From the IMG/VR virus record IMGVR_UViG_3300037722_000278, positions 1 through 51,081 of that record: 51,081 nt of DNA; one strand, written 5' to 3'. Position numbers and translations under genes: made by a program. The notes under the pieces are model-generated. The model ran no database searches, was not told the origin of the DNA, and worked only from the letters and a program-made list of their open reading frames with translations. Source of the stretch: a virus. Lineage: Duplodnaviria > Caudoviricetes. Positions 44,101-51,081 of the stretch are shown here, piece after piece; position 1 is the first letter of the stretch, and each line of letters opens with the position of its first letter.

Positions 44101-46346
44101 ACGGGATCATGCCCCAGTTCGCCGATGTCGCTCGCCGCCACCTCAAGCAGAAGCGCCTGGGAGACTTCTTCTCACGTCAAGACCCCGAGGCCGTGTCAGC
44201 CTTGAAACTACGCAAGGTGCGAGACTCTCTCCATGCCAACCTGGCCCGAGTTCCTGCCGAAGGCGGCCGTCCTCTGAACCTGGGGGCCGGTCCTGACCTG
44301 GGGAACGCAGACCAGAACCGGGTGGTCGAAGACCTGTTCGAGATTCTGAGGGAGGTCCAGGAGGAGGCCAGGAACACCCTCGACACTCTCCCAACGAGAG
44401 GGCTTGTCGGCCGGGTCGCCGGCCGAGCCTCGTTGGCCAGGGTTCCGTTCTCGCTCGACCGGCTCGCCTCGGACCTTCCGTTCGACGCCTTCGTGGCTAG
44501 GGTCATGGGGAGGGGCTACTCACGCCAGCAGGCCTACGGGATATACAAGGCTCTCCAGTCTTCTCAGGCTCTCGGGTTCCGCACTCACGGGCTGTATGCG
44601 ACAGAGTCATACATCCGGTCCCAGCCGAACCTTCTCGACGGGCTCCGAGTGCTCGGCACCACGAACGCCGGCGACAAGTACCGGAAGGGTCGAGCCGTCC
44701 TCGGAGCTATCGGCGGCGGAATGGCCGCCAACCTGAGCATCGAAGAGGGTGAGGATCCCCTGTCCCCCGGGAATATCGGATTGCGTCTCGGCGGGGCTGT
44801 CCTCGGCGGTGTGGCTGGTGCCTCTCCCCGGGTGGGCATCCCCGGCGTCAAAGCTCTCGCAGGCAACCTGTCGAACACGAAGGCTCTCAAGTATGCCTAC
44901 CTGGGGGACGGGATCGCCAACCTGCGAGACATGGTCCGATTCTCCCTGTCTCCGATCTTCGACGCCTCCCGGTATTCGGAGGCGATCATTCTCAACCAGA
45001 TCGGCGAACTTCCACCCGGCCTCAAGAATCTCAGGATCAACCAGTCTCCGAAGGGGTTCCGGTCGATGGTCGCTCGAGAACTTCGGGGTGGTGGCATGGA
45101 CAAGGATGCTGCTGCTCGTGCCGCCACGCTCGAGTGGGGGAAAGTCCAGGACGAGTTCGCCTCGGCAGCCAGAGGCTACCGGGACTTCGACTGGGAGGTC
45201 ATCGACGGTGTGGGCCGGCGGTTCTCCAGCGTGGGAATCCTCGGGTTCAGCCCGGTCGAATGGATGTCCTCAACCTACGGGCACCTCCGTCGTGGCGGGG
45301 TTGCCCCGTCCAAGGCTTATGAGGTGGTCAGGGACATTTACACGTATGGGACGACCGGACGGTCGGCCGCAGAGCTGTCAATGAACTTCGTCTTCTTCCC
45401 GTTCTCGTTCACCAAGAAGACTGTCGGTCACCTGTCGAAGTTCTTCTCGGACGACATTGCCAGGCTGGTCGTTCTCCACGACATGGCCGCCACCTTCCAG
45501 CTTCTCAACGAGAACTACGACCTGTCTCAGGAGTGGCGTGACCGGCTGCCCATCCTCGAGAAGGCCAACCGGTTGAACCTGCTCGCCTACGGTGTCGGAC
45601 TCGGCCAGTTCGGTGGTGTAAACGCACCGATCATCCGAGGGCTCTCTCAGCTCCCTGGCGTCAGCTCAGCCGTCGACATGATCCCGGGGCCCTCCTCGAT
45701 CGTGAACGCCTTCGTTCCCCAGGTCGTCCCCATGTCTAGCGCCTCCGACGCTGACACAGCCTGGGGCACGGTCAGGGGGCTCATGCCTGTCATCAACGAC
45801 GTGAACACCATGGTGGGCGCTCTCGTCGAACAGGGTCGGGTCGTCGGGAGTGAGAACCACATGACCTCCCGGGCAGAGGCCCGGCATGCGTGGGAGGAGT
45901 GGCGTGCCTTCCAGGCCGAGGTGAAAGAGGGGCTTGATGCGGCGGGGATGACCTGGGCGCAGGCAACCAGGCAGCCTGTCTTGAACTCCTTGATCCAGAC
46001 CGAGCGTGCCAGGATCTCGACCAAGTACCCATCATGGAAGCAGGGTCTGGGCGACGGTATCGCTCATGGTGCGGCCATCGACATGGAGCTGGAAGAGCGT
46101 GTCCGGTTCCCGAAGACGAATGGGGACAAGCTCCTCGGCGAGTTCGTTGAACTTCACGACGTGATGGGCGATGCGCTCACGTCGGCTGACATGTCTTGGA
46201 CTCGGCCGGAAGACGTGCCGCCTGAGATCTACCGGATGTTCCGGGATCTGGCCATCCAGTTTGGTAAGGAAGAGCCCGAGTTTGTCCGTCTCTACGACCG
46301 GTTCTTCCGACGCTCCTTGGGTGATATTACGAGTGACCTCTACTAA
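41136..46346 (+). CDS. Large internal virion/ejection protein (1736 aa)
   Basis: Helical, with Gly/Ala-rich hydrophobic segments; located in the virion cluster. Confidence 0.7.
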   Translation: MPLDLSRVDQNLQAIRAIEGSWSLPSLPDEVKLDLAGNAMMNAPALGFLLTGINAQTDEAQKQQALPTRLDQNDESLFPAQPSYALEPKSRVGATVASVTGLAVPQVYDVKAPQRLKQKLVDGGYLNLSPDQVASDQWLPEFSYAASQLNFDEMGKRFSGDKPGSVSVDQILNVVDEWLTPRGLYRAAVELDLWWDAGQISAEFQEWDQKLSTWREDPFDPRKLVDLVTGPLDDILFPALNLALMFTGVGQVIATGRALHMGVKGATALAGVYRGSRGLRFMAQGLDDAARFAKPSWVSGKVAQLGPAGEKTSMIMDQWRKQGGVILAKKANQQVMKAGFTSNLEQLIDSDRGGQSLNRFTGVGEAVETVFSNPLVDWGADLFLMPPNILAPGTFSRPGKAAVDSVKAGFLKAADNENLLAAYDRPVIAYLTEDVGEDAAKQYVKLRNDRGMKRALSETFFEGDDEKMGAALAFTTTMAAVDHHARNAADVVSGSVLHELGSTTRTLFHQARNTATARLRQLDPDNVEDLLTHFAKYGLDDAGQVATRRADRFYRQYRKIREAYLEPAEAAKSRAGSVPSDHQRFIGTFDSEVGRYRWRPFKAGDSFEDDPFFVDLHRGELAESLGDDLGAVLRGEADLPDQYANRYLRRDAAGGVRHWRLSEADKVQLYDVEKLGVLKDSARRHNDLRGKYLSEMMNDVTPEAVEQYVYEVLPTFGRWNDFIDSTGEIRDAVMRGDLDNVRFTPPMSDANRQLAAIPHSPTGRKWVDELFAMMVELPGDEHLQGSLMKGVFSPFARDVDPQMGNFTVAGQSTVTKQQALAFGATAKRAVRMVKAIRRLKALPNSEDLFRVASQVVEGGENITGPGLYEVLAEALGSATEKSAGELAAIARIAREAGVTLDDIEPVLIGKLNEINSLPRWSEDFMVPTQLDRTDDLVKEVDAKIRELQKQAFFMASEVDGAPAWMTGFLKERNYKLVYGVEFAQPFDLDGIMPQFADVARRHLKQKRLGDFFSRQDPEAVSALKLRKVRDSLHANLARVPAEGGRPLNLGAGPDLGNADQNRVVEDLFEILREVQEEARNTLDTLPTRGLVGRVAGRASLARVPFSLDRLASDLPFDAFVARVMGRGYSRQQAYGIYKALQSSQALGFRTHGLYATESYIRSQPNLLDGLRVLGTTNAGDKYRKGRAVLGAIGGGMAANLSIEEGEDPLSPGNIGLRLGGAVLGGVAGASPRVGIPGVKALAGNLSNTKALKYAYLGDGIANLRDMVRFSLSPIFDASRYSEAIILNQIGELPPGLKNLRINQSPKGFRSMVARELRGGGMDKDAAARAATLEWGKVQDEFASAARGYRDFDWEVIDGVGRRFSSVGILGFSPVEWMSSTYGHLRRGGVAPSKAYEVVRDIYTYGTTGRSAAELSMNFVFFPFSFTKKTVGHLSKFFSDDIARLVVLHDMAATFQLLNENYDLSQEWRDRLPILEKANRLNLLAYGVGLGQFGGVNAPIIRGLSQLPGVSSAVDMIPGPSSIVNAFVPQVVPMSSASDADTAWGTVRGLMPVINDVNTMVGALVEQGRVVGSENHMTSRAEARHAWEEWRAFQAEVKEGLDAAGMTWAQATRQPVLNSLIQTERARISTKYPSWKQGLGDGIAHGAAIDMELEERVRFPKTNGDKLLGEFVELHDVMGDALTSADMSWTRPEDVPPEIYRMFRDLAIQFGKEEPEFVRLYDRFFRRSLGDITSDLY

Positions 46347-47887
46347 TGGATGAGCTGAGAGAACAGATCAAGAGTCTCGGGTATTCCGAGGCTGAGATCA
46401 CCAGGTTCCTTGAGGATCCGGCCAACGCACCTCGGGATGTGGTGGTCCTGTTCGAGGCGCATATGCAGTCGACCTCCGGTACGGTCGGCCCCGACACTCC
46501 CGAGTTCGGAGCCTTGTCGGCTGAGGCTGCTCCGCTGGCCGAGGCGAGCGTCCAGACTCAGGAGATCGCCCGGAAGATTGCGTCAGACCAGCCTCTGTCT
46601 GAGGAGGAGCTGGCGATTATGGAGGGCGGCGGGTCCATCGCTGATACCATCCTGGCGGCAGCGCAGGAGCTTGCCATTGGTGAGGAGCAGTTCAACTTCG
46701 ACTGGGTGTACAACGCTCTCCAGCTCACCCCCGGATCGCTCGATACAGACAAGGCGCTTGCTGAACTGTGGGAGCATCTCGTCGCTGTCGGCGCCGCCCA
46801 GGAGGTCGAAGCGTCCGAAGCTGAGAAGGCTTTGACGGTGAAGGAAATCCTGGCTAGGTCACCTTCGAACATGGCTGTCCAGATCGCCGTCCTCGAGTGG
46901 GGTCAGGAGAACAAGGCTTACACGCCTGACCAGCGGATCGACGGAGTGTCCATGACCGACATTTCCGCACTGCTCGAGAAGGGCATGCGTCTCTCCCGGG
47001 CTGTCAGCGTGGGTCGGGCGGCTAACCAGTTCGACCTCAACCCGGTTGAACTGGCCGAGATCTGGGAGGCTCAGGATGCGACCCATCTCGGAGGGTCGTC
47101 CATGGCTTTGGAGCGGGCCAACGCAGAAGGCCGAGGTGTCGACCAGTTCAGAACACGACAGCCGCTCCTCAACACGGCCGTGGAATACAAGGCCGGGCTC
47201 GACATGTACAACCAGTCGAAGTTGATGGCTGCGGTCCACGTCAGCGACCAGGAGCTGGCCAAGAAGCTCTACGCCAACCCGTACTCTCTCGACTCTGGGG
47301 AGCTTCAGCGGGTGCTCGAATATGTTGGCGGAGCCGAAGGCAAGGAGAGCGACCCTCAGATCTCGTGGGTGGCGAACAGGCTGGCCGGCGGGTACAAGGC
47401 GACCGCCACGGTCGACACGGAGAGCGTCCGCAATGCCGTCCAGACCCTGGCTGACGCCTGGAACCTGACCGGGTCCGAGGGCGTGGCTGCTGCCTTGTCA
47501 GGCCAGCTCGTGGCAGATGCAGTGTCTCAGGCTCAGGCTTCTCTTCCGAACCCGTTCGGTCCTGTCGGGTCTCCAGTCTCCGTCCAGGACTCGATCCAGG
47601 ATGTCGCCGCTCACGTTCGGGCTCGCCTTCGGGAGGTGCCCGAGTATGAGGCGCTCTTCGGGAACAAGGCGGCGGGCGAGTCGGAGGAGGAGTATGCGGC
47701 CAGGTTCGAGAACCGGTCTCAGTCTGTCCTCGGCGACGATGTGGTCGGAGCTGTCCGGGCTGGAATGCGCTCGGGGAATGTCAACACCATCTACCAGCAG
47801 GGGCTCAACACGGAGGTCGGTGACTCCTCGACAAGGTTCCAGGAGCTGATAGCTCGCAACGCTCGGATCTTCCGTGAGATGCTCTGA
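46346..47887 (+). CDS. Internal virion protein
   Basis: 513 aa; TAATG-coupled; helical. Confidence 0.6.
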   Translation: MDELREQIKSLGYSEAEITRFLEDPANAPRDVVVLFEAHMQSTSGTVGPDTPEFGALSAEAAPLAEASVQTQEIARKIASDQPLSEEELAIMEGGGSIADTILAAAQELAIGEEQFNFDWVYNALQLTPGSLDTDKALAELWEHLVAVGAAQEVEASEAEKALTVKEILARSPSNMAVQIAVLEWGQENKAYTPDQRIDGVSMTDISALLEKGMRLSRAVSVGRAANQFDLNPVELAEIWEAQDATHLGGSSMALERANAEGRGVDQFRTRQPLLNTAVEYKAGLDMYNQSKLMAAVHVSDQELAKKLYANPYSLDSGELQRVLEYVGGAEGKESDPQISWVANRLAGGYKATATVDTESVRNAVQTLADAWNLTGSEGVAAALSGQLVADAVSQAQASLPNPFGPVGSPVSVQDSIQDVAAHVRARLREVPEYEALFGNKAAGESEEEYAARFENRSQSVLGDDVVGAVRAGMRSGNVNTIYQQGLNTEVGDSSTRFQELIARNARIFREML

Positions 47888-49530
47888 TGGCTGTCGTCAG
47901 CCCTCGGGCCGTCTACGACTACCTGTTGGCGAACGGGGTGAGCCCGGCGTCGGCGGCTGGCATCCTGGCGAACATTGCAGCAGAGTCGGGCTTCGACTCG
48001 GCCGTGATCGGAGATGTGAACGTGGGTGGGTCGGGCGGACTCTTCCAGCATCACGCTGCCAGGTGGGACAGTCTGAAAGCCTACGCCCAGTCGACGGGTC
48101 GCCACTGGACAGACTGGCAGGCGCAGGTCGACTTCGCCTTGCGAGAGGCAAAGCAGATGGGTCTGAGTCTCACCCACTCCGACGCCTCCAAGGCGTCGTA
48201 CGAATGGACGGTCAGGTTTGAGCGCCCGGCGAACGCAGAGGCGAAAGCGAAGCAGCGAGCTGGGACGGTCGCCAAGTACAACTATGGAGGCGCTGCCAGT
48301 AGCAGCGGTAGTGGAAGTGGGGCCCCGGTAGTGCCACAGAGCGGAAGTGCCATTCCGGCGGCAGCGTCAGAGGAACTGAACGTTCCGACCGGAGGCTCCT
48401 GGTTCCGTGTCGGCAGCGAGTACATTGTTGCCTACCGGTTCTACGGCAACGATCAGAAGACCGGACCGAGCCAGATCGTCTACTACCGGGCATCTTCGCC
48501 GCCTCCTGGCCAGCAGATCTTCTCGGAAGCCCAGTACAAGGAGTGGTCGAAGTCGGGCTTGTGGACTGACGGGGGAACCGTCGACGCCTTCCGTGGCGTG
48601 AAGAAGGGCTTGTCCTACCAGGATCTCGTCAACCAGACTCTCCTCGAATTGGGCCTGGCAGGGACAGACGCTCTGACGGATGGCGGGGTCATGGCGATTA
48701 TCGCCTTGGCTATGACCCGGGAGATGTCGCCGGAGGAGCTGGCGAACCGGTTGAGGCAGACCAAGTGGTATCAGGCTCGCACTGACAAGCAGCGTGAGTG
48801 GGATGACCTGTCCGAAGCTGAGAAGGATGCTCGGGCTGTCGACGAGGCGATGAAGCTGGTCGGACTCTGGTTCACGTATGTCGGTGAGGATCTCGACGTG
48901 TCGGCCTTCGACACGGACAAGGACGGGGTGATCTCTGGTGCGGAGCTGCGTGCAGGCAATCGTGACTTGTTTACCTGGTCGATGCGGGTCGCTTCTGGTC
49001 AGATAACCCAGGCTCAGGCGGTGAACAGTTGGGTGAAGGCTGTCGCCGGAGAGAGCGCCGATTCGCCTTGGTCTCGGACTATCCGTGACGAGGAGAAAGC
49101 TCAGGGTCAGCATGGCGTCGACCTGTCGAACATGGGTGGTCAGATCCGGGACATGTATGAGGAGTGGGGGATTCCTATCACTGATGCCAAGCTCGAGAAG
49201 CTGGCGAGCGACGTGGTCATGAACATCATGTCTATCGAGGATGTCGAGGCGGAGCTTCGTAAGGCGGCGATGGGTCTCTATCCGACCAAGCCTGAGGGCT
49301 TGTCGACTCGTCAGTGGGCGGAACCGTACATCCAGACGTACATGGGAGTGTTGGAGGTTCCCGAGGTGGGATTGACCGATGCTCTGCTTCAGCGTGGGCT
49401 TCGTGATGGAGCGACCTTGGCTGACTTTGAGAAGACTCTCCGGTATGACGACCGGTGGCTGGGGACGAACAATGCTCGTGTCGAGATGAATGACAAGGTG
49501 TCGGCTCTTGGAAGGCAGATGGGGTTCTGA
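47887..49530 (+). CDS. Virion protein with N-terminal phage tail-type lysozyme domain
   Basis: AAGILANIAAESGF, GLFQH...R, Q.DF..RE and FERPA motifs. Confidence 0.85.
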   Translation: MAVVSPRAVYDYLLANGVSPASAAGILANIAAESGFDSAVIGDVNVGGSGGLFQHHAARWDSLKAYAQSTGRHWTDWQAQVDFALREAKQMGLSLTHSDASKASYEWTVRFERPANAEAKAKQRAGTVAKYNYGGAASSSGSGSGAPVVPQSGSAIPAAASEELNVPTGGSWFRVGSEYIVAYRFYGNDQKTGPSQIVYYRASSPPPGQQIFSEAQYKEWSKSGLWTDGGTVDAFRGVKKGLSYQDLVNQTLLELGLAGTDALTDGGVMAIIALAMTREMSPEELANRLRQTKWYQARTDKQREWDDLSEAEKDARAVDEAMKLVGLWFTYVGEDLDVSAFDTDKDGVISGAELRAGNRDLFTWSMRVASGQITQAQAVNSWVKAVAGESADSPWSRTIRDEEKAQGQHGVDLSNMGGQIRDMYEEWGIPITDAKLEKLASDVVMNIMSIEDVEAELRKAAMGLYPTKPEGLSTRQWAEPYIQTYMGVLEVPEVGLTDALLQRGLRDGATLADFEKTLRYDDRWLGTNNARVEMNDKVSALGRQMGF

Positions 49531-50684
49531 TGACGGCTCCTGGTCCTTTGAACGAGGTTCCTGTCGGGGGTGGCGCTCCGCCTTCGGCTCCGGCCCCAGC
49601 TCCAGCGCCCATAGAGTTCACCCTGCTCGACGACATCCGATCTCAATATCCTTGGCTCGAGGTGATCGGACTCGACTCGTTCGTCATTGGTGTGATCCGT
49701 GATGGTGCCTCGATCGATGAGGCGCTGGCGAAGGTCCGGGGGACAGCCCAGTACAAGGGTCGCTTTCCTGGAATGATCGCTGCTGATGGCCGCCGGCGGT
49801 TCACGACGGAGGCTGACTATCTCCGTGAGGAGCAGAACTATCGCCAGGTGCTCATCGACTTTTCGGCGTTCGACCCAGCTCAGGATTCCCCTCAGGACTA
49901 TCTGGCGTTCCTGGACCAGGGGATCCAGCCGCAACAGTTGGAGCGTCGTTTCCAGGTGTACCGGGCGTTGGAGCGTGGCAGCCAGGAGCTTCGTGATGCC
50001 ATGTATGTCTACGGGAACATGGACGTCTCAGTCGACGATCTCTACCAGGCGACAGTGTCACCTCAGTTCCGCCAGCAGATGATCTCCACGTATGACGAGT
50101 CGGTCGCTAAGAGCAACCTCGACTACGAGACATTCCTGACTCGGGCTACGGAGCGTGGGCTCTCTCGGGTGACGGAGACTCTTCGCAACATGCAGACGTT
50201 GGGGTTGGTGTCGGGCGATGCGGTCTCGCAGATGTTGTCGATTGACCCGAACTTTGCCCGGGAGATGATGGGGTCTCTGTTCCAGTCGTCGCCGGCTGAC
50301 ACGGCGACTATGGGTATCGACGAGCTTCTGTCAGCGTTCGACTATGCGATGATCGGGTCGGCTGCGTCGCAGTCGGGCTTTGGCCTGCCGACGAAGGAGC
50401 GTCTCGAGGAGTTCCGTACTGCTGGAGTGGATCGGGCTCGGGCGTTGCGTGGGTATTCGGAGGCGGAGCTTCGGAGGAGCGGACTCGAGTCGATGGCTGC
50501 TCGAAACAACCGTGGCAGTCTCGGCCAGGCGAACTTGGAGGATGCGTTTGTTCTCGGCTTGGCGCCGGCTGCGGCTGATGTCACTCGCCTTTTCGAGCAG
50601 GAGCGTGCGCTGGGTAAGCAGGGGGCTGGGTTCTCGAGACAGGTGGATGGCCGACGTATCGTTCAGCAGGGAAGGGGGTACTGA
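49530..50684 (+). CDS. Internal virion protein
   Basis: 384 aa; YK.RF.G....EA.YL..E..Y pattern; TGATG-coupled. Confidence 0.6.
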   Translation: MTAPGPLNEVPVGGGAPPSAPAPAPAPIEFTLLDDIRSQYPWLEVIGLDSFVIGVIRDGASIDEALAKVRGTAQYKGRFPGMIAADGRRRFTTEADYLREEQNYRQVLIDFSAFDPAQDSPQDYLAFLDQGIQPQQLERRFQVYRALERGSQELRDAMYVYGNMDVSVDDLYQATVSPQFRQQMISTYDESVAKSNLDYETFLTRATERGLSRVTETLRNMQTLGLVSGDAVSQMLSIDPNFAREMMGSLFQSSPADTATMGIDELLSAFDYAMIGSAASQSGFGLPTKERLEEFRTAGVDRARALRGYSEAELRRSGLESMAARNNRGSLGQANLEDAFVLGLAPAAADVTRLFEQERALGKQGAGFSRQVDGRRIVQQGRGY

Positions 50685-50755
50685 TGGCGAAGCAGAATGG
50701 CAGCATCAAGGTCGCTGGCGGCCGTAAGCAGAACGGCAAAGTCAACCAGAAGTGA
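50684..50755 (+). CDS. Tiny basic peptide (23 aa, MAKQNGSIKVAGGRKQNGKVNQK)
   Basis: TGATG-coupled; purine-rich RBS; internal KQNG repeat. Confidence 0.4.
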   Translation: MAKQNGSIKVAGGRKQNGKVNQK

Positions 50756-50811
50756 CATTCCGGTGCTGGTTCTCGGCTCTGAGCTGATAATCAGCACCAT
50801 TTTGTCGGGGT

Positions 50812-50840
50812 AAGGGCCTCTCGGAGACGGGGGGCCTTTA
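50812..50840 (+). terminator. Probable intrinsic terminator
   Basis: AAGGGCCTCTCG-gaga-CGGGGGGCCTTT hairpin. Confidence 0.55.
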
Positions 50841-50854
50841 CACGTTTGGGGCGG
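50838..50854 (+). promoter_or_regulatory. Putative late promoter motif TTACA-N6-GGGCGG for the scaffold-capsid operon
   Basis: Matches the motif; here followed by a ~60-nt leader with GGAG RBS. Confidence 0.6.
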
Positions 50855-50923
50855 CCTTATGAATCCTTTCTGGAGTCCCCCCGGGCTTCAGGGAGCGTAC
50901 GACACCGGGAGTAGGAGTAGGAA

Positions 50924-51081
50924 ATGCCCATCACCATCGTTGACGAGGCCGGAAACGAAATCGACATCGACAAGGCAGATGGGGGCACTCTTCGTAAGAA
51001 GCTGGAGGAAACACTCCAGCGGAACAAGACCCTCGAAGAGCTGGCATCCACCTCCGCAGCCAAGGCGGCTATCGGAGAGCA
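50924..51081 (+). CDS. Scaffolding protein, 5' part (continues at window start to 464)
   Basis: AGGAG RBS; MPITIVDEAGNEIDIDKADGG... Confidence 0.75.
   Translation, partial: MPITIVDEAGNEIDIDKADGGTLRKKLEETLQRNKTLEELASTSAAKAAIGE
50955..51081. repeat. Terminal direct repeat (right copy)
   Basis: Identical to 1-127. Confidence 0.93.

Noticed and set aside
35505-46346. Giant ORFs as a virion RNA polymerase (N4/crAss-like) or tape-measure protein
   Set aside because: I could not find DxDGD or T7-type polymerase motifs or tape-measure repeats. A very divergent polymerase can only be excluded by structure prediction.
50955-51081. 127-bp terminal repeat as a biological direct terminal repeat
   Set aside because: It splits the scaffold gene mid-codon and equals a common assembler k-mer length, so it is best explained as circular-contig overlap.

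Overview
The window is an apparently complete, circularly assembled dsDNA phage genome. Bases 1-127 repeat exactly at 50955-51081, giving a unique length of about 50,954 bp. High GC content, a WhiB gene and leaderless starts point to an actinobacterial host. Tail tubular/nozzle-like genes and very large internal (ejection-type) proteins, with no tape-measure gene, suggest a podovirus-like virion. The + strand late arm (about 29.7 kb through the origin to 9.2 kb) carries an RNA/tRNA cluster, terminase, portal, ejection proteins (including a 1772-aa polyvalent protein and a tail lysozyme), scaffold, major capsid and tail genes. The - strand early/middle arm (28.9 kb to 9.2 kb) carries many small genes, WhiB, an SprT-like protease, HTH regulators, a RecB-like nuclease, DnaB helicase, primase, nucleotide-metabolism enzymes, endonuclease VII, a DEDD exonuclease, a sigma-region-4 protein and a tyrosine recombinase. 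The amidase endolysin is embedded in this arm. The most notable features are: (i) a compact promoter-like motif T(T/G)AC(G/A)-N6-GGG(T/C/G)GG found about 10 times, mostly 6-8 nt before leaderless late start codons; (ii) a covarying two-hairpin RNA element repeated between early genes and ending in the ribosome-binding site; (iii) a ~1.3-kb heavily structured RNA locus with aberrant tRNAs; (iv) a virion polyvalent protein with a nested domain and a C-terminal zincin, followed by a candidate immunity gene; (v) a perfect 20-bp repeat at two intergenic sites 14.6 kb apart. All family assignments come from recognising motifs by eye, not from database searches.
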